64,000 bases of DNA from an uncultured bacterium (GTDB taxonomy: Bacteria > Edwardsbacteria > AC1 > EtOH8): positions 1,816-65,815 of the forward strand of contig CALMGM010000012.1 in NCBI GenBank assembly GCA_937863685.1. Direction: 5' to 3'. Shown piece by piece: positions 40,469-50,191 of the stretch. Under the pieces are notes generated by a model, which did no database searches, was not told the DNA's origin, and saw only the letters and a list, made by a program, of their open reading frames with translations. Both the position numbers and the translations under genes were made by a program. Positions within the stretch are counted from its first letter, which is position 1; every line of letters begins with the position of its first letter.

Positions 40469-41779
40469 ATGACGAAATATAGAATCCTGATCCCGGTTCT
40501 GCTGCTGTTGCTGCCGGCCCTGTCCCGGGGCCAGGAGAAGACCGCGGTGGCGGTGCTGCAGTTCGAGCCCCGCAACATCAGCCAGGCCGAGGCGGTGATC
40601 CTTTCGGACCGTTTGCGGGCCGAGCTGGTGAACACCCGCCATTTCAACGTGCTGGAGCGGGAGCAGATGGACAAGATCCTCCGGGAGCAGAAATTCCAGC
40701 TGACCGGAGCCTGCAGCGACGCCTCCTGCCTGGTCCAGGTGGGGCAGCTGATGGCGGTGTCCAAGATGATGGGCGGGACCATCTCCAAGATCGGCAATAC
40801 CTACACCGTCCAGGCCCGGGTGATAGACGTGGAGAAGGGGGTCATCGAGACCGAGGTCTCCCAGGATTTCACCGGGACCATCGAGGATCTCCAGCAGTGG
40901 GGCATGAAAAAAGTGGTCTGGAAGATGGTGCCCTCGGCCAGCCTGTTCGTCTCCTCCATTCCCGGCGATGCCGAGATCTATTGGGATCTGAGGAAAGTGG
41001 GAAGGACCGATTTCAAGATAGAGAACGAGGGGCTGGGGTCGCACCGCCTGATCATCAAGAAACCGGGCTATGAGGACTACGACGGGACGGTGGAACTCAA
41101 GGAGGTCAAGGATTACGACATCAAGATCCGCCTGACCACCAAGGAGTATTCGGTGCGGGTGGACGGCACGCCAAAGGGCGCCCAGGTGGTGATGAACGAC
41201 ACCGTCAAACTGGGCACCATACCCTGCATGACCAAGCTTCCTTTCGGCACCTACAATTTCAAGATCAAGGCCAAAGGCTATAACCAAAACGCCGGACTGC
41301 TGACCATCGATCGCGACCAGAATTACAGCCTGAATCTGAACCTCAAGCGCAAGTCCCGGACCAGGGCCGCCATTTCGTCGCTGTTCCTTCCGGGGAGCGG
41401 CCAGAGATATTCCAACCGCCCGGTAATGGGGGCATTCTACCTTCTGACTGGAATTGGCAGTCTGTCAGTTACAATGGTAAGCATTTTCAAAAAGGTGGAT
41501 GCCCAGAAATCTTATGATGACAAGTGGAATGATTATCTGGCCGCCAGCAATGCAGTGGATGCCGAGGCAAAATATACAGAAAGCAGCATAGCTTACAACG
41601 AACTAGATGCCAGGGACAAGGACCTTAAGACCGCCATAACCATCGCTGCTTCGGTTTGGAGCCTGACCTTCCTGGATGCCATCGTATTTTTCCCCGGCAA
41701 GCCCAAGGTACAGGTCGCTCCGGTGCCGGACCAGACCGGCGCCTTGAAGACCACGGCCACCCTAACTTACAGCTGGTGA
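40469..41779 (+). CDS. Exported protein with CsgG-like N-terminal domain, two PEGA domains and a hydrophobic C-terminal module
   Basis: VAVL.F..F.VLERE.M..IL.EQ..C....C...G; SIPGDA.IY..G.T..H...I.KPGY; S.FLPGSGQ.Y. Confidence 0.75.
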   Translation: MTKYRILIPVLLLLLPALSRGQEKTAVAVLQFEPRNISQAEAVILSDRLRAELVNTRHFNVLEREQMDKILREQKFQLTGACSDASCLVQVGQLMAVSKMMGGTISKIGNTYTVQARVIDVEKGVIETEVSQDFTGTIEDLQQWGMKKVVWKMVPSASLFVSSIPGDAEIYWDLRKVGRTDFKIENEGLGSHRLIIKKPGYEDYDGTVELKEVKDYDIKIRLTTKEYSVRVDGTPKGAQVVMNDTVKLGTIPCMTKLPFGTYNFKIKAKGYNQNAGLLTIDRDQNYSLNLNLKRKSRTRAAISSLFLPGSGQRYSNRPVMGAFYLLTGIGSLSVTMVSIFKKVDAQKSYDDKWNDYLAASNAVDAEAKYTESSIAYNELDARDKDLKTAITIAASVWSLTFLDAIVFFPGKPKVQVAPVPDQTGALKTTATLTYSW

Positions 41780-41786
41780 GGTGAAG

Positions 41787-42770
41787 ATGATTAAAAAGAT
41801 ATTTAACCACGACGTCATTCTGAGACAGACAACTGGCCGCACCGGCGAAGAATCAGATCCTTCGGCTTGCCGGGCGGGAAGCCATACTCAGGATGACGAA
41901 AGGAATGACAGAAGATTTAGAACATTTGGAAGCATTATTATATCTGCCTGTGCCATGCTCTATCTGGCCCTGTCCGGATGCAGCATGCCGGCGGCGCCCA
42001 CTCACAGCAACCCGCTTGACCCCGAAAATCCCGATTTCACCGGACCCGGGGTGGAGATAATTTCGCCGGTCGAGGGAGCATCTATAGCATCCGGTACGGC
42101 CACCATTCATCTGCACGGGTCCGGTCCCGATTACGAATATTCCTACAAGCTGGACGGGGCTTCGGACTGGAACACGCCGTGGGATCCCGACACCATCTTC
42201 ACCATTTCCAACCTTACTGAGGGAGCGCACACCATCCAGGCTGTAGCCCGGGACAAAGGGGGCTATATGGGCATTCCTACCCCGGTGCGCAGTTTCATCA
42301 TCAACCAGTATGCCAACACCGTGCTGATGTATCCGCCAGTCCAGACCATTGTCGTGGGAGACACCGCCGAGGTGTGGTGCGAGATGGAGGACATGGCCAC
42401 GCCGGTCTCGGCGATCGAGCTGGTGATCTATATGAGCAATTACTGGATAGTGGATACCCTCAGCGCCTGCGCCGACACCGGGTATCACTGGGCCAGCAAC
42501 GGAGGCTCGCCCATGGGCCCGTTCTTCAGCGATTACGGCTCCAATTATTATATGATTGTCAGCCTGGGGGTGGCCGGAGGGAGCCCGGCCGGGGTGAGCG
42601 GAACCGGCAGGATATTCAAGATCCAGGCCGCTGGGGTGGCGGTTGGCACAACCTATATGTATGTGAATAACATATATGCCCGGGATACTTTGAACAGTCC
42701 GATAACCGTGACCAATCCCTACAAGTACGCATACATATATGTCACTTCCGGCAAGGAGGGCGGGAAATGA
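41787..42770 (+). CDS. Lipoprotein with Ig-like and C-terminal cohesin-like domains
   Basis: GAGGTG RBS; lipobox LSGC; NPLDP; YSYKLDG..L.EG.HT..V.A.D; P....VGD..V.....VSAIEL.I...VSGTG.I..I. Confidence 0.7.
   Translation: MIKKIFNHDVILRQTTGRTGEESDPSACRAGSHTQDDERNDRRFRTFGSIIISACAMLYLALSGCSMPAAPTHSNPLDPENPDFTGPGVEIISPVEGASIASGTATIHLHGSGPDYEYSYKLDGASDWNTPWDPDTIFTISNLTEGAHTIQAVARDKGGYMGIPTPVRSFIINQYANTVLMYPPVQTIVVGDTAEVWCEMEDMATPVSAIELVIYMSNYWIVDTLSACADTGYHWASNGGSPMGPFFSDYGSNYYMIVSLGVAGGSPAGVSGTGRIFKIQAAGVAVGTTYMYVNNIYARDTLNSPITVTNPYKYAYIYVTSGKEGGK
41814..41897. repeat. Pair of inverted REP-like elements in-frame in the lipoprotein N-terminus
   Basis: GTCATTCTGAG-N22-GAAGAATC followed by GATCCTTC-N23-CTCAGGATGAC; 84 bp. 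Confidence 0.75.
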
Positions 42771-45700
42771 AGAAGATATTATTGATGACGCTGGCGCTGG
42801 CCGCGATGGCTGGTGTGGGGATGGCAGATTCTTTGAATATTTATACTGTTGGCAACTATAGCCTACCGAGTTATGAATGTTACGATTGTGCAATTACTAA
42901 TAATTATGCATATATTGCAAATAACGATTCAGGCTTACGCGTTATTAACATAATTGATAAAAGTAATCCAGTTGAAGTAGGATCTTGGAATCCAATAGGC
43001 ATTAAAATTTATGGAATTGCAATTGAAGGTAATTACGCTTATGTGGCCGCATACGATTCTGGTTTAACCATATTAAATATATCAAATCCTACCAATCCAG
43101 TGAAAGTGAGTAATATCAATACACCGGGTACCGCTTTAAAAGTGAAAATATATAATGGGTACGCATATGTTGTATGCCAAACAGGTGGATTAAGAATAAT
43201 CGATATTTCGGACACATTAAACCCAATTGAGGTGGGGGCGCCCAGCACAACAGTACAACCAAATGATGTGTTTATCGTTGATACACTTGCTTATGTTGCT
43301 GATATGAATTACGGATTGAGAATTATTAGCGTTGCTGACGGCGCCAATCCATATGAAATTGGGAATTACCTGACATCATTCCCGGGGCGTACAGAAACGG
43401 TGTTCGTTTCTGGATCTTATGCCTATATTTCTGATGGAGATACATTGCGGATAATTGATGTTTCAACGCCCAGTGCACCAACTTTAGCCGGTAGTTATAT
43501 TACAGCTGGGTCATCCATACATGGTATTTATGTAAATAAAAATCTAGTGTACTTGGCAAATAATGAATACAGTTTGCGGGTACTGGATATAACATCAATA
43601 TCAACACCAACTGAAGTAGGCTATTATGGTGTCACTAGTAGTTATTCAAAAAGGGTAGTGGTTGATGGGGGATATATCCATCTTGTTTCCAGTACAAGTA
43701 TACCCACTCAACGTTTTATGATTTTAAGGGGTTATAACGGATTGGGCGTTTATAAGCCTTCATTAATTTCTCCATCTAATAATTTTACCTTTAATATTTC
43801 TACGCCCAGTTTCCTTTGGAATAGTGTCGATACTGCCACATCATACCGCCTGCAAATATCCCCGTTCACCAACTTCTCTTCGCTGACCTACAACCAGACC
43901 ACTACCGACACATTTATAACTTCATCAGCCTTGCCCGACAACTGGTACTACTGGCGGGTGAAGGCCTACAGCGCCACCGATTCCAGCGAGTGGTCCGAGG
44001 TGCGGCAGTTCAGCGTGGCCACCACCACGGTGGGCATTCCCACGCTCATTTTCCCCCCGGCCGACACCGTCACCAACGACAGCTTTCCCAACTTCGACTG
44101 GAGCGACGTGGCTGGCGCCACCCAGTACCAGTTGCAGGTGGCCAGGGGCACCCGCTGGCTCTACGCTGCGGACTATTACAACGGCATCTACACCTTCAAC
44201 GCGTCCGACTCTTCGGCGGTCACCCAGGCCTCGCGGGCCGGCCTTGGTTACGTGCAGCGGCTGCTTGTCGAAGGCAAATATCTTTACGCCAACTACAACA
44301 ACTCCACCGTCTATATCTACGACATCTCCGATCCCTACAACCTGGCACCGGTGTCCAATTTCGCCATCAGCCACTACTCCGTGGCGGTCAAGGATACTTT
44401 CCTGTTCGTGGCCAGCAGCAGCTACGGCCTGCGGGTGATGAACATCGCGAACCCGGCCCTGCCGATGGCCGTGGCCAGCTGCGACAGTCCTTCCAGCGTG
44501 CATGACGTCAAGGTGCGGGGCAGCCACGCCTACATGCTGTCCGGCGGCTATCTGAAGGTGGTGGACATCAGCAACCCACTGAACCCGGTGATCACAGGAA
44601 CGGTGCCCGAGGCCAACGGAGTCGTTCTGGACGTGGACAGTGTCCACGCCTACGTGGCGTCCAATTCCTACGGCCTGCAGGTGGTGGACATTTCCAACCC
44701 CGCGGCCCCGGTCAACCAGGGCAGTGTCGACCCCAGCGGCTCGTGCCGCAGGGTCAAGGTGTCCGGGCAGTACGCCTACGTGGCGGGCGATGGGGGGATG
44801 CGGGTGATCAGCGTGGCCAACCCGTCCAATCCGGTGGTGTTCGGGACCTACATCGGCTCCTCCGACTTCTCCGACATCGATTTGGTCGGCCACGACGCCT
44901 ACCTGGCGGACAACAGCAGCACCGTTTCCATCGTCAGCGTCGCCGACCCATATAATCCGGTGCTGAAGGGTTACGCCAACACTTCGAACTTTAATTACGC
45001 CGTCGCGGCCAAGGATACGTTCATGGCCATCACCAACGACAGTGTGGTGACGGCGTCGGACTGCGCGGCCGACAGCTTCGACGGCGACGGCCGCTACTAC
45101 TGGCGGGTCCGGGCCGGGGCGGGCTCCTGGGGCTCCTACAGCGAGGCGCGGCGGCTGATCATGGATACTCAGCCGCCCTGGGTGCCGACCCTACAGACGC
45201 CGGCCGACCAAGCTTTGATCAACACGCCGTCCCCGTATTTCCTGTACTCCACGGCGGGCGGCTACCGCTACCGCTTCCAGGTGGCCAGCGACACTGGGTT
45301 TGCCGTGGTCGAGGCTGATACCATTGCGCCTGCACCTGGTTGTACGTTGAAAACAGTGCTGGGAGATGGCCACCATTATTGGCGGGGCAAGGCCATGGAT
45401 CTGGCCGAGAACTGGTCTGACTGGTCGGGGCGGTACATGTTCCGGCTGGACAGCAAAGCGCCGGAAGCGCCCGGGGGGATCACTGCCAACGGTGCCAGCC
45501 CCAGCCCCTGGACCAAGACCAACAGCTTCTCCATAAGCTTCATTCCGCCGTTCGACAGTTCCGGAATATACCGGTATTTTTACAAGAAGGGCAGCGCTCC
45601 GTCTTCCAACTACGACACCACTTACTACGGCATGGCCTGGAACCCGCCGATAAGCGAGACAGCGGTGGGCGCAGGCATCACGCCGTTCTACGTCTGGGCC

Positions 45701-48181
45701 CGCGATACCGCCGGCAACCTGGATTACCGCAACGCAGCCAAGGTGGACATGAGATATGATTCCATCCCTCCGCAGGGAGCGGCGGCGCACTCCAACGAGT
45801 TCAGTCGCACCGCCAGTTTCACCGTCAGCTGGAACGCTGGCAGCGATCAGGGCGGGTCGGGGCTCAACAACCACTACTGGATTAAGCTCAAGACCAACAG
45901 CGGCGCCTGGACAGACCTCAACACCTACTACACCGGCACCTCTTACGTCCACAGCGGCGTCCAGGGCAGCAAGTATTACTTCGAGGTGGCGGCGCTGGAC
46001 TCGGCAGGAAACAACGAGGTCTTCAGCGGCGCGGCCGAATGCAGCACTCTGGTGGATAATACCATCACCAGCCCCATTCTGGTCCTGCCTTATAACGGTG
46101 ACATCCAGGACACCTCTGCCACGGTCTTCCTGTGGCAGAAGGCCATGGCCCAAACCGGTTCGCGTCTGCAGTGCTCGTATGATTCTTCCTTCAGCACGCT
46201 GGTCAAGGACACCCTCCTGGCGGCCGACAGCACCGGCACCCTGACCCTGGGTGATTCCCTTTACTACTGGCGGGTCCGGGGCGAGAACTCGGGGACCGAC
46301 ACCAGCGGATGGTCGCCAGCCCGCACCTTGCGGATAGACACCCAGGCCCCGGCGGCCCCGGCCCTGGCCACACCCGGCAATGACAGCCTTACCAACGACA
46401 ACACCCCGCAGTTCAGCTGGAGCGCGGTGGCGGGTGCGGTCTCATACCAGCTGACAATAAGCCCGGACAGCCTGTTCGGCGGCCTGGCGGTCGATGAAAC
46501 GATAGATACCACGACTTATACCATTCAGACGATTCTGCCGGACAGCGCTTATCACTGGAAGGTGAGGGCCGGAGATGCGGCCGGCAACTGGTCGCCATAC
46601 TCCGCCCGGCGCAAATTTACCGTGGACACCAAGGCCCCGGCGGTGCCGGTATTGGTCACGCCTTCTGATATTGCCAATCTGAGCACCAATATGCCGCGAT
46701 TCACCTGGAATTCCTCGTCCCAAGCCATCCGGTATCAGCTGCAGGTGGCCAATAATACTTCGTTTGCGCCGCTGGAGACCGACACCGCCCTGGCCGACAC
46801 CTCGGCCGTCCCGGTCTGGGGGGTCAATGACGGGACCCACTACTGGCGGGTGCGATGCCGCGACCTGGCCGGCAATTGGTCGGCCTACAGCAATTACCGC
46901 ACCCTCAACATCAGCGGGATCCTGCAGGTGGCCCTGATCACCCCTGACACCGCCCAGGTGTGGCAGCCCGGCCAGTCTATTTGGATCCAGTTCACCAAGC
47001 CCCTGTATACCGGATACATCGACACCATACACGTCAAGGTGCGTGGGAAACATACTTCCATCATCAGGCAGAGCCTGACCTGGCAGGCGGCCAGCCGTAC
47101 TTTGCTGATATCGCCCGACAGCACTTTTGCCGCCAACGACACCATCACGGTATTCCTGCACGGCACCCTGCGCGATTCGGCCAACGTCTCCACCCTGGAT
47201 GGCAACAACAACGGGACCGCCGCCGGGGATTCCTCCGACAGCTACCAGATGACCTTCTACACCTCATATTTCGGGGACTACGACGGCAACCGGCTGGTCA
47301 ATGCCGCCGACCTGGGGATGTTCGCCTGGGCTTGGTACCAGCCGGCCTATTACCGGATGTTCGAGGCCGGTCCCTTGGGCGGCACCTGGCCGCACCAGCG
47401 GGTGTACGTGGGAGGCGCCACACGGATCGATTTTGAGGACCTGAGCGGCTTCATCTACTCCTGGAACCGGGCCGACAACCCCAAATCAGCCAAGTCCGGC
47501 GGTTATCAGGACGGGCCGGTCAGCCTAGGGGCGGTGCCCGGAGAAAAATTGAAGCTGGCAGCCAGGATATCTCCGGAGATCAGTTTTGCCTCAATGGATG
47601 CCGAGATCGGATTCGACCAATCGCTGCTTACGGTCAAAGCGCTGGAAGCATCGGATCTCTGGCAGGGGGGAGACAAACCGCAGCTGTTCTTCAGCAAGCA
47701 GAGGGAGGGAAGGACCGTCATCAGCGCCGCCAAATGGCAGGAGGGCCGGGAGCTTTCCGGAGATCTGTTCTCCATGACCTTCGAGGGGAGCCAGGCCAGC
47801 CAGACCCCGGTCACCCTTTCTTACCGGCTGTACGACGCCCAGGGGGCCGAGATCTGCAGCGGGAACACCGCCCTGACATTGAATGCCGGCCCCGGCATCC
47901 CGGCCGGATTCTTCCTGGGCCGGGCCGCCCCCAACCCGTCCAACCGGCCGGTGGCCATCAGCTACCAGCTGCCCAAGCAAGCCCGCGTCAGGCTGGAGGT
48001 ATACAACATTGCCGGACAGCATATCTCCACCTTGGTTGATGCCGTCCAAGAAGCCGGATATTACAGCCGATCATGGAATCTTAAAGATCGCAGCCAACAA
48101 CGGGTGGCCAATGGCATCTATTTCTACAAGCTGACGGCCGGGGAATACCAGAACGTGGGCAAGATGGTGCTGATCAGATAA
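42767..48181 (+). CDS. 1804-aa secreted protein: two LVIVD beta-propellers, FN3-like repeats, Big_5, dockerin-like, cohesin-like, FlgD-Ig/T9SS-like CTD
   Basis: Signal peptide; YAYVA...GLRIIDIS.P..P repeats; P.F.W...Y.LQ...YYWRV repeats; GDYDGNRLVNAADL; PNP..VYNI.GQ..W...NGIYFYKL. Confidence 0.88.
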   Translation: MKKILLMTLALAAMAGVGMADSLNIYTVGNYSLPSYECYDCAITNNYAYIANNDSGLRVINIIDKSNPVEVGSWNPIGIKIYGIAIEGNYAYVAAYDSGLTILNISNPTNPVKVSNINTPGTALKVKIYNGYAYVVCQTGGLRIIDISDTLNPIEVGAPSTTVQPNDVFIVDTLAYVADMNYGLRIISVADGANPYEIGNYLTSFPGRTETVFVSGSYAYISDGDTLRIIDVSTPSAPTLAGSYITAGSSIHGIYVNKNLVYLANNEYSLRVLDITSISTPTEVGYYGVTSSYSKRVVVDGGYIHLVSSTSIPTQRFMILRGYNGLGVYKPSLISPSNNFTFNISTPSFLWNSVDTATSYRLQISPFTNFSSLTYNQTTTDTFITSSALPDNWYYWRVKAYSATDSSEWSEVRQFSVATTTVGIPTLIFPPADTVTNDSFPNFDWSDVAGATQYQLQVARGTRWLYAADYYNGIYTFNASDSSAVTQASRAGLGYVQRLLVEGKYLYANYNNSTVYIYDISDPYNLAPVSNFAISHYSVAVKDTFLFVASSSYGLRVMNIANPALPMAVASCDSPSSVHDVKVRGSHAYMLSGGYLKVVDISNPLNPVITGTVPEANGVVLDVDSVHAYVASNSYGLQVVDISNPAAPVNQGSVDPSGSCRRVKVSGQYAYVAGDGGMRVISVANPSNPVVFGTYIGSSDFSDIDLVGHDAYLADNSSTVSIVSVADPYNPVLKGYANTSNFNYAVAAKDTFMAITNDSVVTASDCAADSFDGDGRYYWRVRAGAGSWGSYSEARRLIMDTQPPWVPTLQTPADQALINTPSPYFLYSTAGGYRYRFQVASDTGFAVVEADTIAPAPGCTLKTVLGDGHHYWRGKAMDLAENWSDWSGRYMFRLDSKAPEAPGGITANGASPSPWTKTNSFSISFIPPFDSSGIYRYFYKKGSAPSSNYDTTYYGMAWNPPISETAVGAGITPFYVWARDTAGNLDYRNAAKVDMRYDSIPPQGAAAHSNEFSRTASFTVSWNAGSDQGGSGLNNHYWIKLKTNSGAWTDLNTYYTGTSYVHSGVQGSKYYFEVAALDSAGNNEVFSGAAECSTLVDNTITSPILVLPYNGDIQDTSATVFLWQKAMAQTGSRLQCSYDSSFSTLVKDTLLAADSTGTLTLGDSLYYWRVRGENSGTDTSGWSPARTLRIDTQAPAAPALATPGNDSLTNDNTPQFSWSAVAGAVSYQLTISPDSLFGGLAVDETIDTTTYTIQTILPDSAYHWKVRAGDAAGNWSPYSARRKFTVDTKAPAVPVLVTPSDIANLSTNMPRFTWNSSSQAIRYQLQVANNTSFAPLETDTALADTSAVPVWGVNDGTHYWRVRCRDLAGNWSAYSNYRTLNISGILQVALITPDTAQVWQPGQSIWIQFTKPLYTGYIDTIHVKVRGKHTSIIRQSLTWQAASRTLLISPDSTFAANDTITVFLHGTLRDSANVSTLDGNNNGTAAGDSSDSYQMTFYTSYFGDYDGNRLVNAADLGMFAWAWYQPAYYRMFEAGPLGGTWPHQRVYVGGATRIDFEDLSGFIYSWNRADNPKSAKSGGYQDGPVSLGAVPGEKLKLAARISPEISFASMDAEIGFDQSLLTVKALEASDLWQGGDKPQLFFSKQREGRTVISAAKWQEGRELSGDLFSMTFEGSQASQTPVTLSYRLYDAQGAEICSGNTALTLNAGPGIPAGFFLGRAAPNPSNRPVAISYQLPKQARVRLEVYNIAGQHISTLVDAVQEAGYYSRSWNLKDRSQQRVANGIYFYKLTAGEYQNVGKMVLIR

Positions 48182-48242
48182 ATGGCTTGACAACCTGCCA
48201 AACGATGTTATATCATTCAATAAACACAATAGGAGCATCATT

Positions 48243-48947
48243 ATGAAGAGGCTATCCCTGATGGTTTTGGCCATCGTCCTTTTATCGCTTAACGCCTTTG
48301 CCTTGCCGGGGTTGGAGATCGGGGTGGGGCCGTATGTCGGTTTGTATAATCCGGCGCTGACCACCGTCAATGAACAGGTGTTGCTTTGGGACCACCAGAC
48401 AGCCTTCGGTTCAGCCGCCATTTTCGGCGGGCAGTTAAAATTGGGCTTGCCCATGGGACTGGGCGGTGGGGTGGACCTGGGATACTGGAGCAACAGCAAG
48501 GAATGGACTGAGGACAACCTGATAGACCAGCATGCCTACAAGATCAAACTGATGCCGGTGGATGTCTTTATACAGTACTCCATGCCGTTGATTCCCATGG
48601 TGTTAAAGGCCAAGGCCGGTGCTTCGGTGGGCAACGTCTCGGCCGGGCTGGATGTCAGCGAGAATCGGATCAACCAATGGAACCATTACTGGAATTCCGA
48701 AGGAAGCGCTGTAATATTTGGCGTCTTCGGCGGGCTGGACCTGGTGGCCCTGCCCAAGTTCAACATCAGCGCCGAGATCGGCTACAAAATGGGCAAGGTT
48801 GATCACCTGATTATCAAAGAATGCCATGAGCCGGACAATGTCAATGATGTATATGAATATTACGATCACACCAAAGACCAACAATTACCACTACCTTTAG
48901 AATTAAGCGGGGTGAATGCCAAGATCGTTGCAACCTACGTATTTTAA
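48243..48947 (+). CDS. Outer-membrane beta-barrel protein
   Basis: Signal peptide, alternating amphipathic strands, C-terminal Y-V-F; own promoter-like TTGACA-N18-TATCAT at 48187-48216. Confidence 0.75.
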   Translation: MKRLSLMVLAIVLLSLNAFALPGLEIGVGPYVGLYNPALTTVNEQVLLWDHQTAFGSAAIFGGQLKLGLPMGLGGGVDLGYWSNSKEWTEDNLIDQHAYKIKLMPVDVFIQYSMPLIPMVLKAKAGASVGNVSAGLDVSENRINQWNHYWNSEGSAVIFGVFGGLDLVALPKFNISAEIGYKMGKVDHLIIKECHEPDNVNDVYEYYDHTKDQQLPLPLELSGVNAKIVATYVF

Positions 48948-48966
48948 GGCTGTTAGATATAACAAC

Positions 48967-48998
48967 AAAAGCCCGATCTTTTAAAGACCGGGCTTTTT
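48967..48998. terminator. Bidirectional intrinsic terminator
   Basis: AAAAGCCCG.TCTTT..AAAGA.CGGGCTTTTT between convergent genes. Confidence 0.75.
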
Positions 48999-49018
48999 GA
49001 TTATATTAAACAAGATGT

Positions 49019-49858
49019 TTAATTATATCTGGCAAATAAACTGCAAGGCAATGAAATATCATTATTTGACAATTGCAATTCTCCGTACTGGATCCGATCA
49101 GACGGCAGGATATCGGCCAGCAGATTTTTGAGGGTTTGGGGCGAATGTCCCACGTTATAGGCGTTGATAAGAAAGAATAACGGCTTATCGGACAAAAGAT
49201 TATGGCATAATCTCAAAAGCCTTGGCATATCTCGATTGAATTTGAAAGTTTTGCCCGAAGTATCACGGCCAAATGCTGGCGGATCCATGATTATAGCATC
49301 ATATTTGGCTCCACGTTTTACCTCGCGTTCTATGAATTTTAAGCAGTCGTCAACGATCCAGCGGATGGGCTTATCGGACAATTGGCTCAATTCCTGGTTT
49401 CTTTTGGCCCAGGAAACAGCGGGCTTAGATGAATCCACGTGACAGACCCTAGCCCCGGCCGCAGCCGCAGCCAGTGTAGCGGCACCGGTATAAGCGAATA
49501 AATTGAGTACATTGGGCTGGCCGGGGCTGTTATTGATTAATTCCGAGAACCAGTCCCAGTTGACGGCCTGTTCCGGGAAGACGCCGGTATGCTTGTACGG
49601 CGTCAGTTTGAGCTCCAAAGTCAGCTCCTTGTGCCTGAAAAGCCAGGGTCGGGGAGGAGGCGAAGTTTGCCGCCATTTGCCAGTCTCGATGAACACCGCC
49701 TGGGCTTTATTCCAATCGGCAGCCGAAAGCTTTTTATTCCAAATCGCTCCAGGCTCCGGCCGGGATATCAGATAACCGGCAAAGCGTTCCAGCTTCTGGC
49801 CGTTGCCGGAGTCGAGGAGGGAGTGGTCTTTGAGGCTATTTGGCGTGAGGATCTGCAT
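49019..49858 (-). CDS. Class I SAM-dependent methyltransferase (RlmI/RlmK-like)
   Basis: LLDSG.G.KLERF, KHTGVFPEQ, VLNLFAYTG, MDPPAFG. Confidence 0.9.
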   Translation of the reverse strand: MQILTPNSLKDHSLLDSGNGQKLERFAGYLISRPEPGAIWNKKLSAADWNKAQAVFIETGKWRQTSPPPRPWLFRHKELTLELKLTPYKHTGVFPEQAVNWDWFSELINNSPGQPNVLNLFAYTGAATLAAAAAGARVCHVDSSKPAVSWAKRNQELSQLSDKPIRWIVDDCLKFIEREVKRGAKYDAIIMDPPAFGRDTSGKTFKFNRDMPRLLRLCHNLLSDKPLFFLINAYNVGHSPQTLKNLLADILPSDRIQYGELQLSNNDISLPCSLFARYN

Positions 49859-50191
49859 TATAAACCCTTGTGTAATAAGCAATATTGATAGTTTACATAA
49901 TATATATTATGGGACAATCATCGGGTAAACAGAAATCAGGGGCTATTAAAACCCGCTTATTTAGGTTATAATCCGATGTTTCAAACTCACCCCTTCTTGG
50001 GTGTTCTATGGGCCTAAGGATCGATGAATATAACCCGACCAGGCTAATTAAGCTTTGGGCTGTCGAATCGTCTGCTGGTGAAATTGATGAAGCCAATGGT
50101 AAAATATTACTGAACAGATATTATACCCTTCGGCTTGTCCCCCGTCCTAAGATGGAAAACGGAAAACTTTATTGGGAGTTATTAATTACTC

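Noticed and set aside
42767..48181. Diversity-generating retroelement target or true cellulosome scaffoldin
   Set aside because: No reverse transcriptase or adenine-variable TR/VR pair; no glycoside hydrolase or tandem cohesin array seen.
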